In this document: one piece after another, positions 30,214 through 40,787 of the stretch | Layout of the letters: each line of letters opens with the position of its first letter | Numbering within the stretch: position 1 is the first letter of the stretch | Origin: Nanobdellota archaeon | GTDB lineage: Archaea > Nanobdellota > Nanobdellia > Pacearchaeales > GW2011-AR1 | Direction: 5' to 3' | Assembly (NCBI GenBank): GCA_038045945.1 | Contig: JBBSXC010000004.1 | Location: forward strand, 128,001-192,000 | DNA: 64,000 nucleotides | Translations under genes and position numbers: made by a program | The notes under the pieces: model-generated | The model's database searches: none | What the model saw: only the letters and a program-made list of their open reading frames with translations | Told to the model about the DNA's origin: nothing

Positions 30214-30617
30214 TTTTTGTCCTTAAAGGCGATTATTTTAGCACCAAAAAAGTTTATTATAATGATAAAAGGGGCAAGTAAAACATTAGCAGCTATTTGG
30301 TTCATTCCCCCATTCTCAACCAGGAATCTAAGGAATAAGAGGTTAATTGTCAAACTAATTAAATAAACAAGAATATAGAAGAAAAAGGAGGAAGTTTTTG
30401 TCCTATTAGAATCAAAAGTTAATGCTTCATTAAAGAAAAATCCGAATAAGACACCAATTATAAATCCGCAAGCAGCAGCTAGTAAATAATAAATGTCAAA
30501 GAATAACAATAATAAAATAAAAACAAAGTAGTTTAGTATTGTGCTCTCAACACCTACAAGTCCGAATTTGATAAACTGATAAAAAGTTCTACTTTTTAGT
30601 AACCCTGGAGTAGTCAT
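30207..30617 (-). CDS. GtrA-family small flippase-like protein
   Basis: QFIKFGLVG, FN...TF, 4 TM helices. Confidence 0.85.
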   Translation of the reverse strand: MTTPGLLKSRTFYQFIKFGLVGVESTILNYFVFILLLLFFDIYYLLAAACGFIIGVLFGFFFNEALTFDSNRTKTSSFFFYILVYLISLTINLLFLRFLVENGGMNQIAANVLLAPFIIIINFFGAKIIAFKDKKW

Positions 30618-30689
30618 ACTTAGAGCTGTTAATTTCGGGTTATAAAGATTATTATTCTCAAAAATAGTGCGTTAAAAACTTTATTCTTA

Positions 30690-31370
30690 TTAGCATTTAG
30701 TAACCAAGAAAACTGCGCCGCCAATGCCATAATTGTCCACTTGTTCTGCCTCAACCCCGTTTTTCTTCAGAAAGTCTTTAAATGCAGCCCTAACACCGAC
30801 ATTTTTCCCGCCAAGATAATTATAATAATCATCAAGTATTAAAATAGTACCTTTCTGCACTACACCTTCTAAAAACTTGAACGTTTGTTTAGCAGAAGAA
30901 TAAAGATCGCAGTCCACTAGGGCCATAGAAACTTTTTTTATCCCGTATTTTTTAGGACCATCACTAAGAGTTTTATTAAAAAAACCTGGTACGAGCCTCA
31001 CAGAAGGAAGGTTTTTGAATCTCTTCTTAATTATCTGAAATTCTGTTGAGAAGTCAAAAGTGGTGTAAAAAGGATGATCGTCGCCCTTTTGAGGGTTCAT
31101 CCCAGTAAATGAGTCAAAGCCGAAAAACCTCATTTTGGAATCGCCACCAGAAATTTTTTTCCAGTAGGTGGATGCTCCCTTTAGACTTGTGCCTTCATAA
31201 ACCCCGAATTCTAGATAGTCTCCTTCAACGCCCTCTATTTTCTTGTAGAAGAGAAATTTTTTTAGTACACTGTGTTTTTCGTTATTGTGAATTATCTCAG
31301 GACTAATGAACGAGCTTAACTGTATATACAAATCCTGGGCTAATAAAAAAAGTTTATGGGAGATTCTCAT
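30690..31370 (-). CDS. TylF/MycF-family O-methyltransferase
   Basis: GDYLEFGV, GFDSF.G, G.F..TL, DCDLYSS, DDY. Confidence 0.88.
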   Translation of the reverse strand: MRISHKLFLLAQDLYIQLSSFISPEIIHNNEKHSVLKKFLFYKKIEGVEGDYLEFGVYEGTSLKGASTYWKKISGGDSKMRFFGFDSFTGMNPQKGDDHPFYTTFDFSTEFQIIKKRFKNLPSVRLVPGFFNKTLSDGPKKYGIKKVSMALVDCDLYSSAKQTFKFLEGVVQKGTILILDDYYNYLGGKNVGVRAAFKDFLKKNGVEAEQVDNYGIGGAVFLVTKC

Positions 31371-31419
31371 GGTTTGATTTATATTAAACGGTATAAAAAG
31401 ATTTGGATAAAGGACTCAG

Positions 31420-32922
31420 TCACTTCATTATCATTTTCTTAAATGACGTTATTTCAGCAAAAGATGAACCCCTAACAAGCAGCAACACTAAAGAATAAAC
31501 TATCAACCCGATGAGAGCTAAAATAACTGTTTCAAGTCCGCCAACTTCTGAAAATTTCGAATAAGCGTATAATAAGGCAAGAGTCATAACAGTTCCGGCA
31601 ACTAGCGGTTTAAGGATTATAGAAAAGTTTGATTTTATTCCAAGACTCTTATTGATAGACCCTATAAGCAAAAAAATATAGAAGAATGTGCTTATTAAAG
31701 TGGCTATTCCCGCACCAATAGTTGCCCACTCTTGAGAAATTTTTAGTAACTGGATGATAAAGATAAAGTTTAGAACAATATTCATAACCATAGCAGCAAT
31801 TATAGATTTAGCAAATGATTTGCTTTGACCCCTCGAGGCAAGAACAGGTATAAAGAAACTTGTCAGTATACCTGGAATAATAAGCGGTGAAAGAAATTGA
31901 AATATAAGAATAGCACCAGAATAATCATCACCGTATACCAATTTAATTATAGGACCGCCCAAAACTAACAGCCCAAGAGCGGCAGGAATAGCAATAATCA
32001 GTAAGTATTTTAGAACTCTATTAAAATTATTCTCTAAGGATGCCTTGCTGGATTCTGAAAATACCGCTAAAAAAACTTGGTGAAGAGCTAGAACGCCTGA
32101 CAGACCAAAAACTAGGGTGTAACCTGCACGATAAAAACCAACATATTCAGAACTGACAAATACTCCAAGCATTACAGTATCAATATACGAAAAGAAAACA
32201 CCAGAAATACCCCCAATTGTCAGGTAACCGAGGAAAGAAAGTACCTCCCGCTTATTTATAATAATAGATGAATCATTTTTTGAGAATAAGAACGGAAGAA
32301 ATTTTTTGTAATAATAGTAGCAATAAAAGGTTATTAGAAGCATCGAGATTATTAACACAATTATCACTCCCGAAACATAATAAGCCCTTATTGTCAAAGC
32401 AAAGGCTACAAGTGAGAGAATTATTCTTGATAACTGAAAAATTATTTCCTTAGCGTTAAGATAGAATGTTTTATGGGAGATGTATAGTGCTGACTCAAAA
32501 AAGGATTGAAGAGAGAAAAGAAAAACGTATAGTGAACAAAGAATCAAAGGAAAGAATAATGATGGTTTATCAAAAAAGTAATAGGCTAAAGGGTATGATA
32601 AGATCAGTATCAAGGATGAAACTACAATAGTCAAAATTATTTTTAGCCTGAAAATATACTTAAAATATGACCTCGCTATCTTTTTATTGTTTAAATTTGA
32701 TGAAACATACTTAATAAATGTCTGATTTATCCCTAAATCAGCGAAAGTCAAGAATATCAAAGCTACTGATGTAGCTAATGAATAAATGCCAAAACCTTCT
32801 GGAAGAAGAAACCTAGCAATAATTATCGTAAATATTAATGCCCCAGCCCTACTGAGGATATTTGATGAAACACTCCAAAAAGATCCCTTGACCGTCTTAG
32901 TGGTAATACTCTCTCTTTTCAT
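31420..32922 (-). CDS. Oligosaccharide flippase (Wzx/MOP family)
   Basis: ARFL.PE.FG, DLGI, D..MLG, VGFY motifs; start moved to ATG 32922. Confidence 0.88.
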   Translation of the reverse strand: MKRESITTKTVKGSFWSVSSNILSRAGALIFTIIIARFLLPEGFGIYSLATSVALIFLTFADLGINQTFIKYVSSNLNNKKIARSYFKYIFRLKIILTIVVSSLILILSYPLAYYFFDKPSLFFPLILCSLYVFLFSLQSFFESALYISHKTFYLNAKEIIFQLSRIILSLVAFALTIRAYYVSGVIIVLIISMLLITFYCYYYYKKFLPFLFSKNDSSIIINKREVLSFLGYLTIGGISGVFFSYIDTVMLGVFVSSEYVGFYRAGYTLVFGLSGVLALHQVFLAVFSESSKASLENNFNRVLKYLLIIAIPAALGLLVLGGPIIKLVYGDDYSGAILIFQFLSPLIIPGILTSFFIPVLASRGQSKSFAKSIIAAMVMNIVLNFIFIIQLLKISQEWATIGAGIATLISTFFYIFLLIGSINKSLGIKSNFSIILKPLVAGTVMTLALLYAYSKFSEVGGLETVILALIGLIVYSLVLLLVRGSSFAEITSFKKMIMK

Positions 32923-32953
32923 AAGAAATAAATGACAAAACGTATTTAAATAA

Positions 32954-34330
32954 CTAATCAACAATACGATAAGCGTCAAATCTTTGTTTTAGAACTTCCC
33001 AATTAGAAGAATTCTCACCACTCTTGACGTGGTTATAAACTTGTAATGCCATATCCCATGATTGATCAGTGTTATTATAGTTGAATCTTCCAGGCCTGCC
33101 AATAACGTATAAACCTTTAATGGAATCGAAATATTTTAGTGTTGGATCTAAATTTTCTAAAAACCCCTTAAGATAAACTGGATAAACCCTAGGACCTGTT
33201 TTTATGAAGTGTTCTTCAATTTCGCTATCATCTTTGATTATACCAACTTTTTTTAGTTGATCAATTATTATGGAAACATTTTCTTTTGTAGGTTCCTTAG
33301 TTGTCTCAACCATGAGTCCAGTCTTGCCAGGAGGAGATGACTGCGGAGAGAAAGCTTTTTGTTCACTAACCCTATGGAAAAGGAACTTTTTTTCTGGGAA
33401 AAAAACCCAACAGTCGTTCAAGGCTCTTTCTTTATTAAGAATAATGTATAATACACTTACTGGCTGGTACTTAAGTTTTGAAGCAAAAACTTTAGCTTTT
33501 ACGTGCGCAGGGTCAGAATCTTTAATGATATTAATTAAGTAATCAGGAAAAATTGTCGATATTACGTAATCAGGCTTTATTCTAACACGACCAATTAGTA
33601 AAGACTCAATTTTTCTATCCTTAACCTTAATTTCACTAACAATTTTTTGCAAATAAATAATCCCACCATTATCCTCAATGGATTTCTTCAAGTTATCAGA
33701 TAACTGCTTCATGCCCTTAGGAGGATAATGAAAGAAGTTTACGGATATCCCTGAAGTGTCACCAGTTAAAGTCTTCTTTATTAATTCTGCAAGACTAGAA
33801 ACAGCAACTCTTCTAATTGCCAACTCTTTATCAAGATCAAAGCCCGGAGTATTCCAAACTTTTTCTGCGTAATCCTTAAATGATAAACTATAAAGAGTTT
33901 TACCAAAACGGTTTAACAAATAATTCTCATAAGAGTCATCAGGCATCTTACTAAGAGACTTTGTAAAAAGGTCTATACCTGCCTTAACAGCAATCAGTGG
34001 TATTCTCTTAGCAACTTGAGAAATTTTTAGTGGAAACTGAAAATAGTTATCCTTAAGATAAATCTTGTTTCTTTTCTCAACCCTTAGCAATGGAGTAACA
34101 TTATTCATTTCTTTAACAATCCCAGGAATCACCGTCGCTATCTTATGAGGCCCGAAATCAAAATGAAACCCCTTATAATCAAAACCATGAGCTAATCCGC
34201 CAACGAATGATTCTTTCTCAACAACAATAACCTCATATGATGGGTCTGCAGAAAAATAATAAGCTGAGGCTAACCCAGCAATTCCGGCACCAATAATTAC
34301 TACTTTCTTCTTTTTATTGATAATCTTCAT
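32954..34330 (-). CDS. FAD-dependent oxidoreductase (UDP-galactopyranose mutase/HemY-like)
   Basis: IIGAGIAGL, VGG, D.GPH, K.W, YP, GR.G.F.Y.N.D. Confidence 0.8.
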   Translation of the reverse strand: MKIINKKKKVVIIGAGIAGLASAYYFSADPSYEVIVVEKESFVGGLAHGFDYKGFHFDFGPHKIATVIPGIVKEMNNVTPLLRVEKRNKIYLKDNYFQFPLKISQVAKRIPLIAVKAGIDLFTKSLSKMPDDSYENYLLNRFGKTLYSLSFKDYAEKVWNTPGFDLDKELAIRRVAVSSLAELIKKTLTGDTSGISVNFFHYPPKGMKQLSDNLKKSIEDNGGIIYLQKIVSEIKVKDRKIESLLIGRVRIKPDYVISTIFPDYLINIIKDSDPAHVKAKVFASKLKYQPVSVLYIILNKERALNDCWVFFPEKKFLFHRVSEQKAFSPQSSPPGKTGLMVETTKEPTKENVSIIIDQLKKVGIIKDDSEIEEHFIKTGPRVYPVYLKGFLENLDPTLKYFDSIKGLYVIGRPGRFNYNNTDQSWDMALQVYNHVKSGENSSNWEVLKQRFDAYRIVD

Positions 34331-35259
34331 TGTTTTCTTGCAAGCACTAAAGTCTGACCCATCCAGTAAGGAACCTGAACTTCATCTATACCTAAAGCAC
34401 TTGACATTTTTTTGAATGGAACAACCAATGATTTAACATAAGCTTGAGCTCTAGTTAAAATATATCCTAATCCCAGAGTTTGCCAATGTTTTTTGAACTT
34501 AAAAGCTGAAAAACCGTTCTTTTTAAGAATCATCTTAATAGTTCTTGGAGTAAAATAAAATATGTGGACTCTTAGAAGGAAAACCCACTTTTTTCCCATA
34601 AGTCTTGCAACAGCACTGTCAATATCAGGATAATTAATAACTAAGACCCCTCCTTTCTTAAGGATTCTATTACACTCCTTTAGTACTGCTGAAGGATCAG
34701 ATACATGTTCTAAAACATCCCAAAGTGTTACAACATCAAAATGGTTTGAAGGGAACTTGTTAGAGAATATGTCACCAGGTTTTACGTCAATACCATAATT
34801 TTTTTTAGCCCATTGACAAAGCCACTTGTTAGGTTCAACACCATAAACATCCCAAGACCTATCTTTAGCTACTTTTAAGAATGACGCTCCAGCAGTCCCA
34901 ATATCAAGAATTTTCCCTTTCTTAGAATAATCCTCAATAAGCTTTAGAGACTTATTAAAAGTCATCTCTCTACCTTTAACTTGAGAAACAAAAACTTCAT
35001 CCTTACCCTCAGAATAACCCTTAAGTATGATTCTAGGATTTAGCCTAGGATTAACATACTCTAAACCGCACTTTTTACACCTAACTATTCTATCACTACT
35101 AACAACATTACTTGAAGACTTATACTCAGACTTAGCAATATTATCTATTTCTCCACCCTCAGCACCAGATAATTCTCCTTCAAAGATTACCTTGTAATCA
35201 TTACTCCCGCAAATATTACAATTTATCGTTTCGAATAATTCTTCTTTCGCCTTAGCCAT
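34327..35259 (-). CDS. Class I SAM methyltransferase with N-terminal Zn-ribbon
   Basis: CNICG...CKKCG, LDIG, DVLEH. Confidence 0.85.
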   Translation of the reverse strand: MAKAKEELFETINCNICGSNDYKVIFEGELSGAEGGEIDNIAKSEYKSSSNVVSSDRIVRCKKCGLEYVNPRLNPRIILKGYSEGKDEVFVSQVKGREMTFNKSLKLIEDYSKKGKILDIGTAGASFLKVAKDRSWDVYGVEPNKWLCQWAKKNYGIDVKPGDIFSNKFPSNHFDVVTLWDVLEHVSDPSAVLKECNRILKKGGVLVINYPDIDSAVARLMGKKWVFLLRVHIFYFTPRTIKMILKKNGFSAFKFKKHWQTLGLGYILTRAQAYVKSLVVPFKKMSSALGIDEVQVPYWMGQTLVLARKQ

Positions 35260-35323
35260 GATCGGGAGAGGAGAGACGTGTTTTTAAAGATTATTAGTGT
35301 CTCAAAAATTACAAAAAATTTTC

Positions 35324-36010
35324 TTAATCAACAAACCGATACTTTATCAAAGTCCAAATAGCTTCTATTCCATCACGGAACTTAATCTTCTTACCTTCTT
35401 TTAGAGTTCTAGGATAATAACTAATAGGCAGTTCAAGAATTTTCCAGCCAGCTTTAGAAACTTTTGCTGTTACTTCAGGACAAAACTCAAAACGTTTAGA
35501 CTTAAGATGTAAAGACTTAAGGACTGAAGTATCAAAAACTTTGTAGCATGTAGGCTCATCAGTTATTTTAGAAGAATAAAGAATATTAGCCATGTGAGTA
35601 AGTACTCTATTAGCAGCAAAATAAGGGTTTAGGATACCTGGACGCTTATCAGGAGTGGAAAATCTTGAGCCATAAACAACTTTTACCCTACCATCAATTA
35701 TGGGCTTAATGAGTCTTTTGTAATCCGCAGGGTCATACTCTAAATCAGCATCCTGAATGATTGTAATATCACCAGTAACATGTTTTATTCCAGTTCTTAT
35801 AGCAGAACTTTTACCCCTGTTCTTATCATGAAAAAATACTTTTATTTCAGTATCATTAATCTTTTCTAAAAATTCTCTAGTACCGTCTGTTGACCCATCA
35901 TCAATGATTATTATTTCTTTAGGAATCTTTACAGCCTTAACTTTCTTGATTATTTGCGAAATACTTCTGATTTCATTAAAAGCAGGTATTATTATTGATA
36001 ATTTATTCAT
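35324..36010 (-). CDS. GT2 DPM1-like glycosyltransferase
   Basis: IIIPAFNE, DDGSTDGT, QDADLEYDP, GSR, EGKKI. Confidence 0.9.
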   Translation of the reverse strand: MNKLSIIIPAFNEIRSISQIIKKVKAVKIPKEIIIIDDGSTDGTREFLEKINDTEIKVFFHDKNRGKSSAIRTGIKHVTGDITIIQDADLEYDPADYKRLIKPIIDGRVKVVYGSRFSTPDKRPGILNPYFAANRVLTHMANILYSSKITDEPTCYKVFDTSVLKSLHLKSKRFEFCPEVTAKVSKAGWKILELPISYYPRTLKEGKKIKFRDGIEAIWTLIKYRFVD

Positions 36011-36046
36011 AATGTAGAATGTTAAAAGATTCTTTAAAAACTTTTG

Positions 36047-37840
36047 TTAATCACTCCTATAAACATGATAGAAGGGGTAAGCTATTAGCACCATTGAAGC
36101 AATTATTGACGCTATAAGAATAACCCAGGCACTACCATAAAGAAGACTGTTAAATAATCCGTTAACTTCATAATTATCATAAATTTGTTCTTTAGGAATG
36201 TAGTTCATAGGATAATAAAACCAAGTATGAGTTGAGTCGACCGACAAAATTATTCTTGGATCCATATCAACCACTGCCGAGTAAACTTTGAAAATTACTT
36301 GCCCAGGCCTTTCTTCAGCATTATACCCACCGGTAATACTCTTTTCCAGTTTCCCTTGAGATGCAAATAATGAAACTAAGGCCTCTGAAGAATCATTAAG
36401 CTCACCAGCACCGACAGTGCCCCAACCACAGTCATCAATAGCACACTCAACAAAATAAATTTTTGTAGGAACTTTTTGTCCGCCGCTAAGATTCTGGTTA
36501 AGTTGCATTAGTTGCGGGAAAAGTGATGCCTCAAGATAATGAAAATCGTTAAAAGCCCAAGCTACCCTGCCACGATAAACTCTTGAATCAACAACAACTA
36601 TAGAATTTTTATCAATGCTGTCAGAGGCGTAACTTCTAAGCCCAGACAGCCCTCCACGACTAGTAACATATGGCCAAAGCATGAATAATTGTGAAATAAT
36701 CAGTGCTAAAACTATTATAGTTAAAACTCTCTTTTTATTGATTAATAACCCTATTTTTTCTCCAATAAATACTAGTGCATAACCGCAGAATATTGCTAGG
36801 ACTGGCATGAGAGTGGTATAATGAGTTTGCAACCAGTTTGATAATATTAACAGAATAAACCCAGAGAAAAAATAAGCCACCAATATCCACCAATAATTTC
36901 TCTTATCTTTATTAATCATAAAAGACAATAATAACCCGATTATACCAAGAGAAATTATTAAAGGATCTAATTTGAATATCTCTGAAGAGACACTATGAAC
37001 CCCTTGGAAAAACTTGGGCAAGAAATGAGCCACATCGTTACTATAGCCCAACTGACCAGCATAATTCTCTCTAAGACTTGGAAAGAAGTATTGTGCAAAA
37101 TAAGTATCAACCATCCCCTTATCCTGATACCATAAATAGTTATGGATAAGTATTGGAGAATAAATAGCTAAGATTATCAAGCCAAAAAGAATAATTTTTT
37201 TTGTATTAGCCCAAAGAAGTTTTTTCTTCAACCCACCATTATAAAAAAGTATTGCTACAAAAAATGCTGGGACAAAGAATAGTGACAAAGTTTTTATTAA
37301 AGCAGCGATACCAATACAAATCGCCGATAAATAAGGATACTTTTTCTTTTCAGAGTCAATAATTAGAGAATAAAGAGCAACCACCAAAAAAAATGTTGCT
37401 GCTAAGTCCATTTCCGCTAAAGAATAACGAATGGTGAAAAAGGACATAGCCAGACTTAAAGATGATATTACAGCTACTTTCTTATTAAAAATCTTAACAG
37501 CTAGGAGATAAATCATGATTATTGTTAATGAACCAAAAAAAACTGATAAAAATCTTGATGAAAGAAGAGAAACCCCCATCAGAGAGTAAACAATGTCAGT
37601 AAGATATAACCAGACTGGAGCTTGGAGTATCGTACTTAAAAGTCCAGAATGTAGGAATCCTATAGCCCTAGGAGCATGAATCATCTCATCACCAAGAGGT
37701 GTGATACTGTTAGCCATCAAAACCCTTAATAGGAAACCTAATGGAACAATCCAAAGCAAGTGTTTCTTTAGGTCATTAGAGAATAAGAAGTCCACAAACC
37801 TGTCAGACAAACCCCTCTTAGTGCTATGTTCTCCTTCCAT
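36047..37840 (-). CDS. GT-C (GT39/ArnT-like) membrane glycosyltransferase
   Basis: DE after TM1, SR..S..FG, EMD, K motif; start moved to ATG 37840. Confidence 0.78.
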   Translation of the reverse strand: MEGEHSTKRGLSDRFVDFLFSNDLKKHLLWIVPLGFLLRVLMANSITPLGDEMIHAPRAIGFLHSGLLSTILQAPVWLYLTDIVYSLMGVSLLSSRFLSVFFGSLTIIMIYLLAVKIFNKKVAVISSLSLAMSFFTIRYSLAEMDLAATFFLVVALYSLIIDSEKKKYPYLSAICIGIAALIKTLSLFFVPAFFVAILFYNGGLKKKLLWANTKKIILFGLIILAIYSPILIHNYLWYQDKGMVDTYFAQYFFPSLRENYAGQLGYSNDVAHFLPKFFQGVHSVSSEIFKLDPLIISLGIIGLLLSFMINKDKRNYWWILVAYFFSGFILLILSNWLQTHYTTLMPVLAIFCGYALVFIGEKIGLLINKKRVLTIIVLALIISQLFMLWPYVTSRGGLSGLRSYASDSIDKNSIVVVDSRVYRGRVAWAFNDFHYLEASLFPQLMQLNQNLSGGQKVPTKIYFVECAIDDCGWGTVGAGELNDSSEALVSLFASQGKLEKSITGGYNAEERPGQVIFKVYSAVVDMDPRIILSVDSTHTWFYYPMNYIPKEQIYDNYEVNGLFNSLLYGSAWVILIASIIASMVLIAYPFYHVYRSD

Positions 37841-37886
37841 GATTATTATATCCACAATTAGGATTATTTAAAATCTCGCAATTAGT

Positions 37887-39407
37887 TTATTTTGATTGAA
37901 TGTTTCTTAAGATATCAGCGAATGCAGGTCTTGTTATGAATATGCCAATACTTATACTTATTATTGTTGTGAAAGCAAAACCCTTCAGTAGTCCTGCGCC
38001 AGTCCAGAATAAAGGAATCATAGCAACAAGAATTGTTGAGAAAGCAGCAAATATTACGAACAAAGCACTTTTAATTTTGTCCTTAATACTTCTCTGAGTA
38101 TCACTGCTTGTTGATTCAGCAAGAATGATTATTTGGTCATTAACACCAGTGCCCATACCCGCTATTATACCAGCAATACTTGGAGCGTCAAGATTCCAAC
38201 CAAGGAAAGCAGCAACTCCCAGAGTTATGAAGGCTTCAGAGAACATAGTTAAGATAACTGATAAAGTAATCTTAATTTTTCTGTACTTAACAAAAATTAT
38301 TATTGAAACAATAGCAAAGACTAATAAGCCAAGAATCAGAATGTTCTTGGTAAACTCTTTACCCAGAGTTGGAGATAAAGTATCAAGCTTAACGATTTCT
38401 AACTTGTAAGGAAGACTACCAGTGATCATTATTGTCTGAAGCTTATTCATTGATGCAGTAGCATCGTTAAATGCCTCTTCTTGGGTTACACCAACACCAG
38501 AACCTTGAACACTAATCTCAGTAGTAACCTGACCCTTCAACCCCTCACTAATAAGTAAGGAATCAGTAACGATACCATCAACCAATAAATCAAGTTGTTT
38601 TTCTAAGTACCTGCCACCAATAGCAGTAGTGTTTAATTTTAGCTTAGAAGTAATATCAGCATGCCTTTGAGCGGCTTCTTGAGACAGATAAACAACGAAT
38701 GAGAATTGACAAAAATAAGTACTATCAGCCTGAGGAGAACAAGATCTGACCCCGGAACATGTAGCATCAAAACGGCAAACATCCGCTATGTCATCAGTAC
38801 CGCCAGTAAATACTGTCTGATTGCCAATTTTAGCCTCAAACTTTCCTTGTTTAGCGACGAGATCTCTAATATCAGCAGGAGTAGCACCAGCCACTTCAAT
38901 AAGCATAAACTTTTGACCAGATAAATCAGTAACAGGCCTTATAGAAATATCAGTTATGCCAAAAACGTTAAGTCTGTTACTAGTAACATCGATCAAGTCG
39001 TTAAGATCATTATCAGTAAGAACACCCTGAGGTCTAACTAACGCCCTAGCACCACCTTGTAAATCAAGGCCGGTCTTTAGTCTAGTTCTAGGCTTATTAC
39101 CAACAGTTATGTTAGGAGTAGAATCACTAAGAATTATGAATTCGCCACTATCAGTATTTATAACATACTTCTTTTCGACAGGCGAAGAAAGATCATTAAT
39201 GATTTTTGAGTAATCATCAAGGCTAGAAACTTCTAAACCGTTAAGCGAATTAATAATCATACCAGACCTTAAACCAGAAGTGTAAGCAGAAGAATTTTTT
39301 TCAACACTCTTAATGACTACACCAGGAGTTAATGAAGGATGAACAGCAACAAGCGCCACTAACAAGAAAATTATTAGTATCCAAACACGAAGACTAATCT
39401 TAAACAT
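37887..39407 (-). CDS. secD: Protein translocase subunit SecD (with PDZ-like insert)
   Basis: GLDLQGG, RLN.FG, GSLP, GTGVND, GFA..T motifs. Confidence 0.9.
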   Translation of the reverse strand: MFKISLRVWILIIFLLVALVAVHPSLTPGVVIKSVEKNSSAYTSGLRSGMIINSLNGLEVSSLDDYSKIINDLSSPVEKKYVINTDSGEFIILSDSTPNITVGNKPRTRLKTGLDLQGGARALVRPQGVLTDNDLNDLIDVTSNRLNVFGITDISIRPVTDLSGQKFMLIEVAGATPADIRDLVAKQGKFEAKIGNQTVFTGGTDDIADVCRFDATCSGVRSCSPQADSTYFCQFSFVVYLSQEAAQRHADITSKLKLNTTAIGGRYLEKQLDLLVDGIVTDSLLISEGLKGQVTTEISVQGSGVGVTQEEAFNDATASMNKLQTIMITGSLPYKLEIVKLDTLSPTLGKEFTKNILILGLLVFAIVSIIIFVKYRKIKITLSVILTMFSEAFITLGVAAFLGWNLDAPSIAGIIAGMGTGVNDQIIILAESTSSDTQRSIKDKIKSALFVIFAAFSTILVAMIPLFWTGAGLLKGFAFTTIISISIGIFITRPAFADILRNIQSK

Positions 39408-40567
39408 TAGTTTATACCCTTCCTTTTACAGTATAATTTAATTATTCCAGCATTAGTAAGCCATGTATTAATGATATCAGCAAATAACCCAATAGATATA
39501 ACTAAAAATATTTGTCTGAAAGAGTCAGGAAGACCAGTAACTAACAAAAATGCAGGCAGCACAGAAGCTAGAGCAGTAATAGTCATGAATAATCCAGTAT
39601 TAAAAGCGCCTTTAATTCTATGATTAACCGTCCCCTCTCTACTCCTTAAAACTCTATTAGTCAATAAGATGTCAGTATCAACGCTATAACCAATAATCAT
39701 TAAGAAAGCAACAAGACCAGCTGATGACAACTTAACACCCATTAAGTCAACAACAACAGTGACAAAAACTAAGTTTGAGAAAGCAGCAAAAACAACAGCA
39801 ATACTAGGAACACTATTAATTGAGTAAATAATAAGAAGTAATAACAAACTAACAAAAACCATAAAGTACAAAGGATAAAATAATGATGAAAGGAATAATA
39901 AGGCTGATAGTCCAAAGAAGATCTTGTTAATATTTTTCTCCTTACGTATGTTGATAAGTGAATAAATTATTGCTGCTGCACCAATAAGGATAACAAACCC
40001 AAATAAAAACCCGCTAGCAGGGAAAGTAAGCCTCACAGCAGATAATGATAAGAATACGCACAAGGACTTAACAAACTTACTTTCTCCAAAAATTATGAAT
40101 ACTACCAGCCCCATAAGTATGAACGATAACAAAATAACTTTTAGTAGTTCAGAATAAAAAGAAGAACTAATTGAAGGACCGTTAAATTCAGTACTAGAAT
40201 TATCAGAAGTTAAAACGATGCCTAAAGCATCTTCAACTAATGGCTTAAGAACATCAGGATCTAAAGATGACTCAACAACTAAAGCCAAATCAGTATTAGT
40301 GCTTAAGTCACTAAGGCGCTTAAAACCAACATCAGGAATAGCAGCCTTTAGTAATGATTCTGAAAGATCAAGATCATTAAGAACGGATTTTTCACTAATA
40401 GTAACAGTTGTCCCACCAGCCAGAGAAATATCCTTATAGATAAAGTCACCATTAACAGAATAAAAATTTCCTAGGTAGAATAAAGAAGCAATAACTAAGA
40501 CTACAGGAATTAGCAATAAAGCAATATAATACTTGTCATAAAACAAGCCAAATTTTGTTTTTTCCAT
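39407..40567 (-). CDS. secF: Protein translocase subunit SecF
   Basis: DI.L.GGT, GYSVDTDILL, D..NTW motifs. Confidence 0.9.
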   Translation of the reverse strand: MEKTKFGLFYDKYYIALLLIPVVLVIASLFYLGNFYSVNGDFIYKDISLAGGTTVTISEKSVLNDLDLSESLLKAAIPDVGFKRLSDLSTNTDLALVVESSLDPDVLKPLVEDALGIVLTSDNSSTEFNGPSISSSFYSELLKVILLSFILMGLVVFIIFGESKFVKSLCVFLSLSAVRLTFPASGFLFGFVILIGAAAIIYSLINIRKEKNINKIFFGLSALLFLSSLFYPLYFMVFVSLLLLLIIYSINSVPSIAVVFAAFSNLVFVTVVVDLMGVKLSSAGLVAFLMIIGYSVDTDILLTNRVLRSREGTVNHRIKGAFNTGLFMTITALASVLPAFLLVTGLPDSFRQIFLVISIGLFADIINTWLTNAGIIKLYCKRKGIN

Positions 40568-40577
40568 TGATTATTTA

Positions 40578-40648
40578 TGCACCCGCCGGGATTTGAACCC
40601 AGGTCGCGAACTTGGAAGGCTCGCATTCTGCCGCTGAACTACGGGTGC
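40578..40648 (-). tRNA. tRNA-Gly(TCC)
   Basis: Acceptor GCACCCG/CGGGTGC, anticodon loop CT-TCC-AA, T-loop TTCAAAT. Confidence 0.93.
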
Positions 40649-40705
40649 CCAATAGTATAAGAACATTACTAAAGGGTTTTAAAGGTTTCTTATTGAGAGT
40701 TAAAA

Positions 40706-40780
40706 CGCACCCGATAGGATTTGAACCTACGACCAACAGGTTAGGAACCTGCTACTCTATCCAGGCTGAGCTACGGGTGC
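40706..40780 (-). tRNA. tRNA-Arg(CCT)
   Basis: Acceptor GCACCCG/CGGGTGC, arm GCAGG-TT-CCT-AA-CCTGT, T-loop TTCAAAT. Confidence 0.93.
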
Positions 40781-40787
40781 AAACCGA

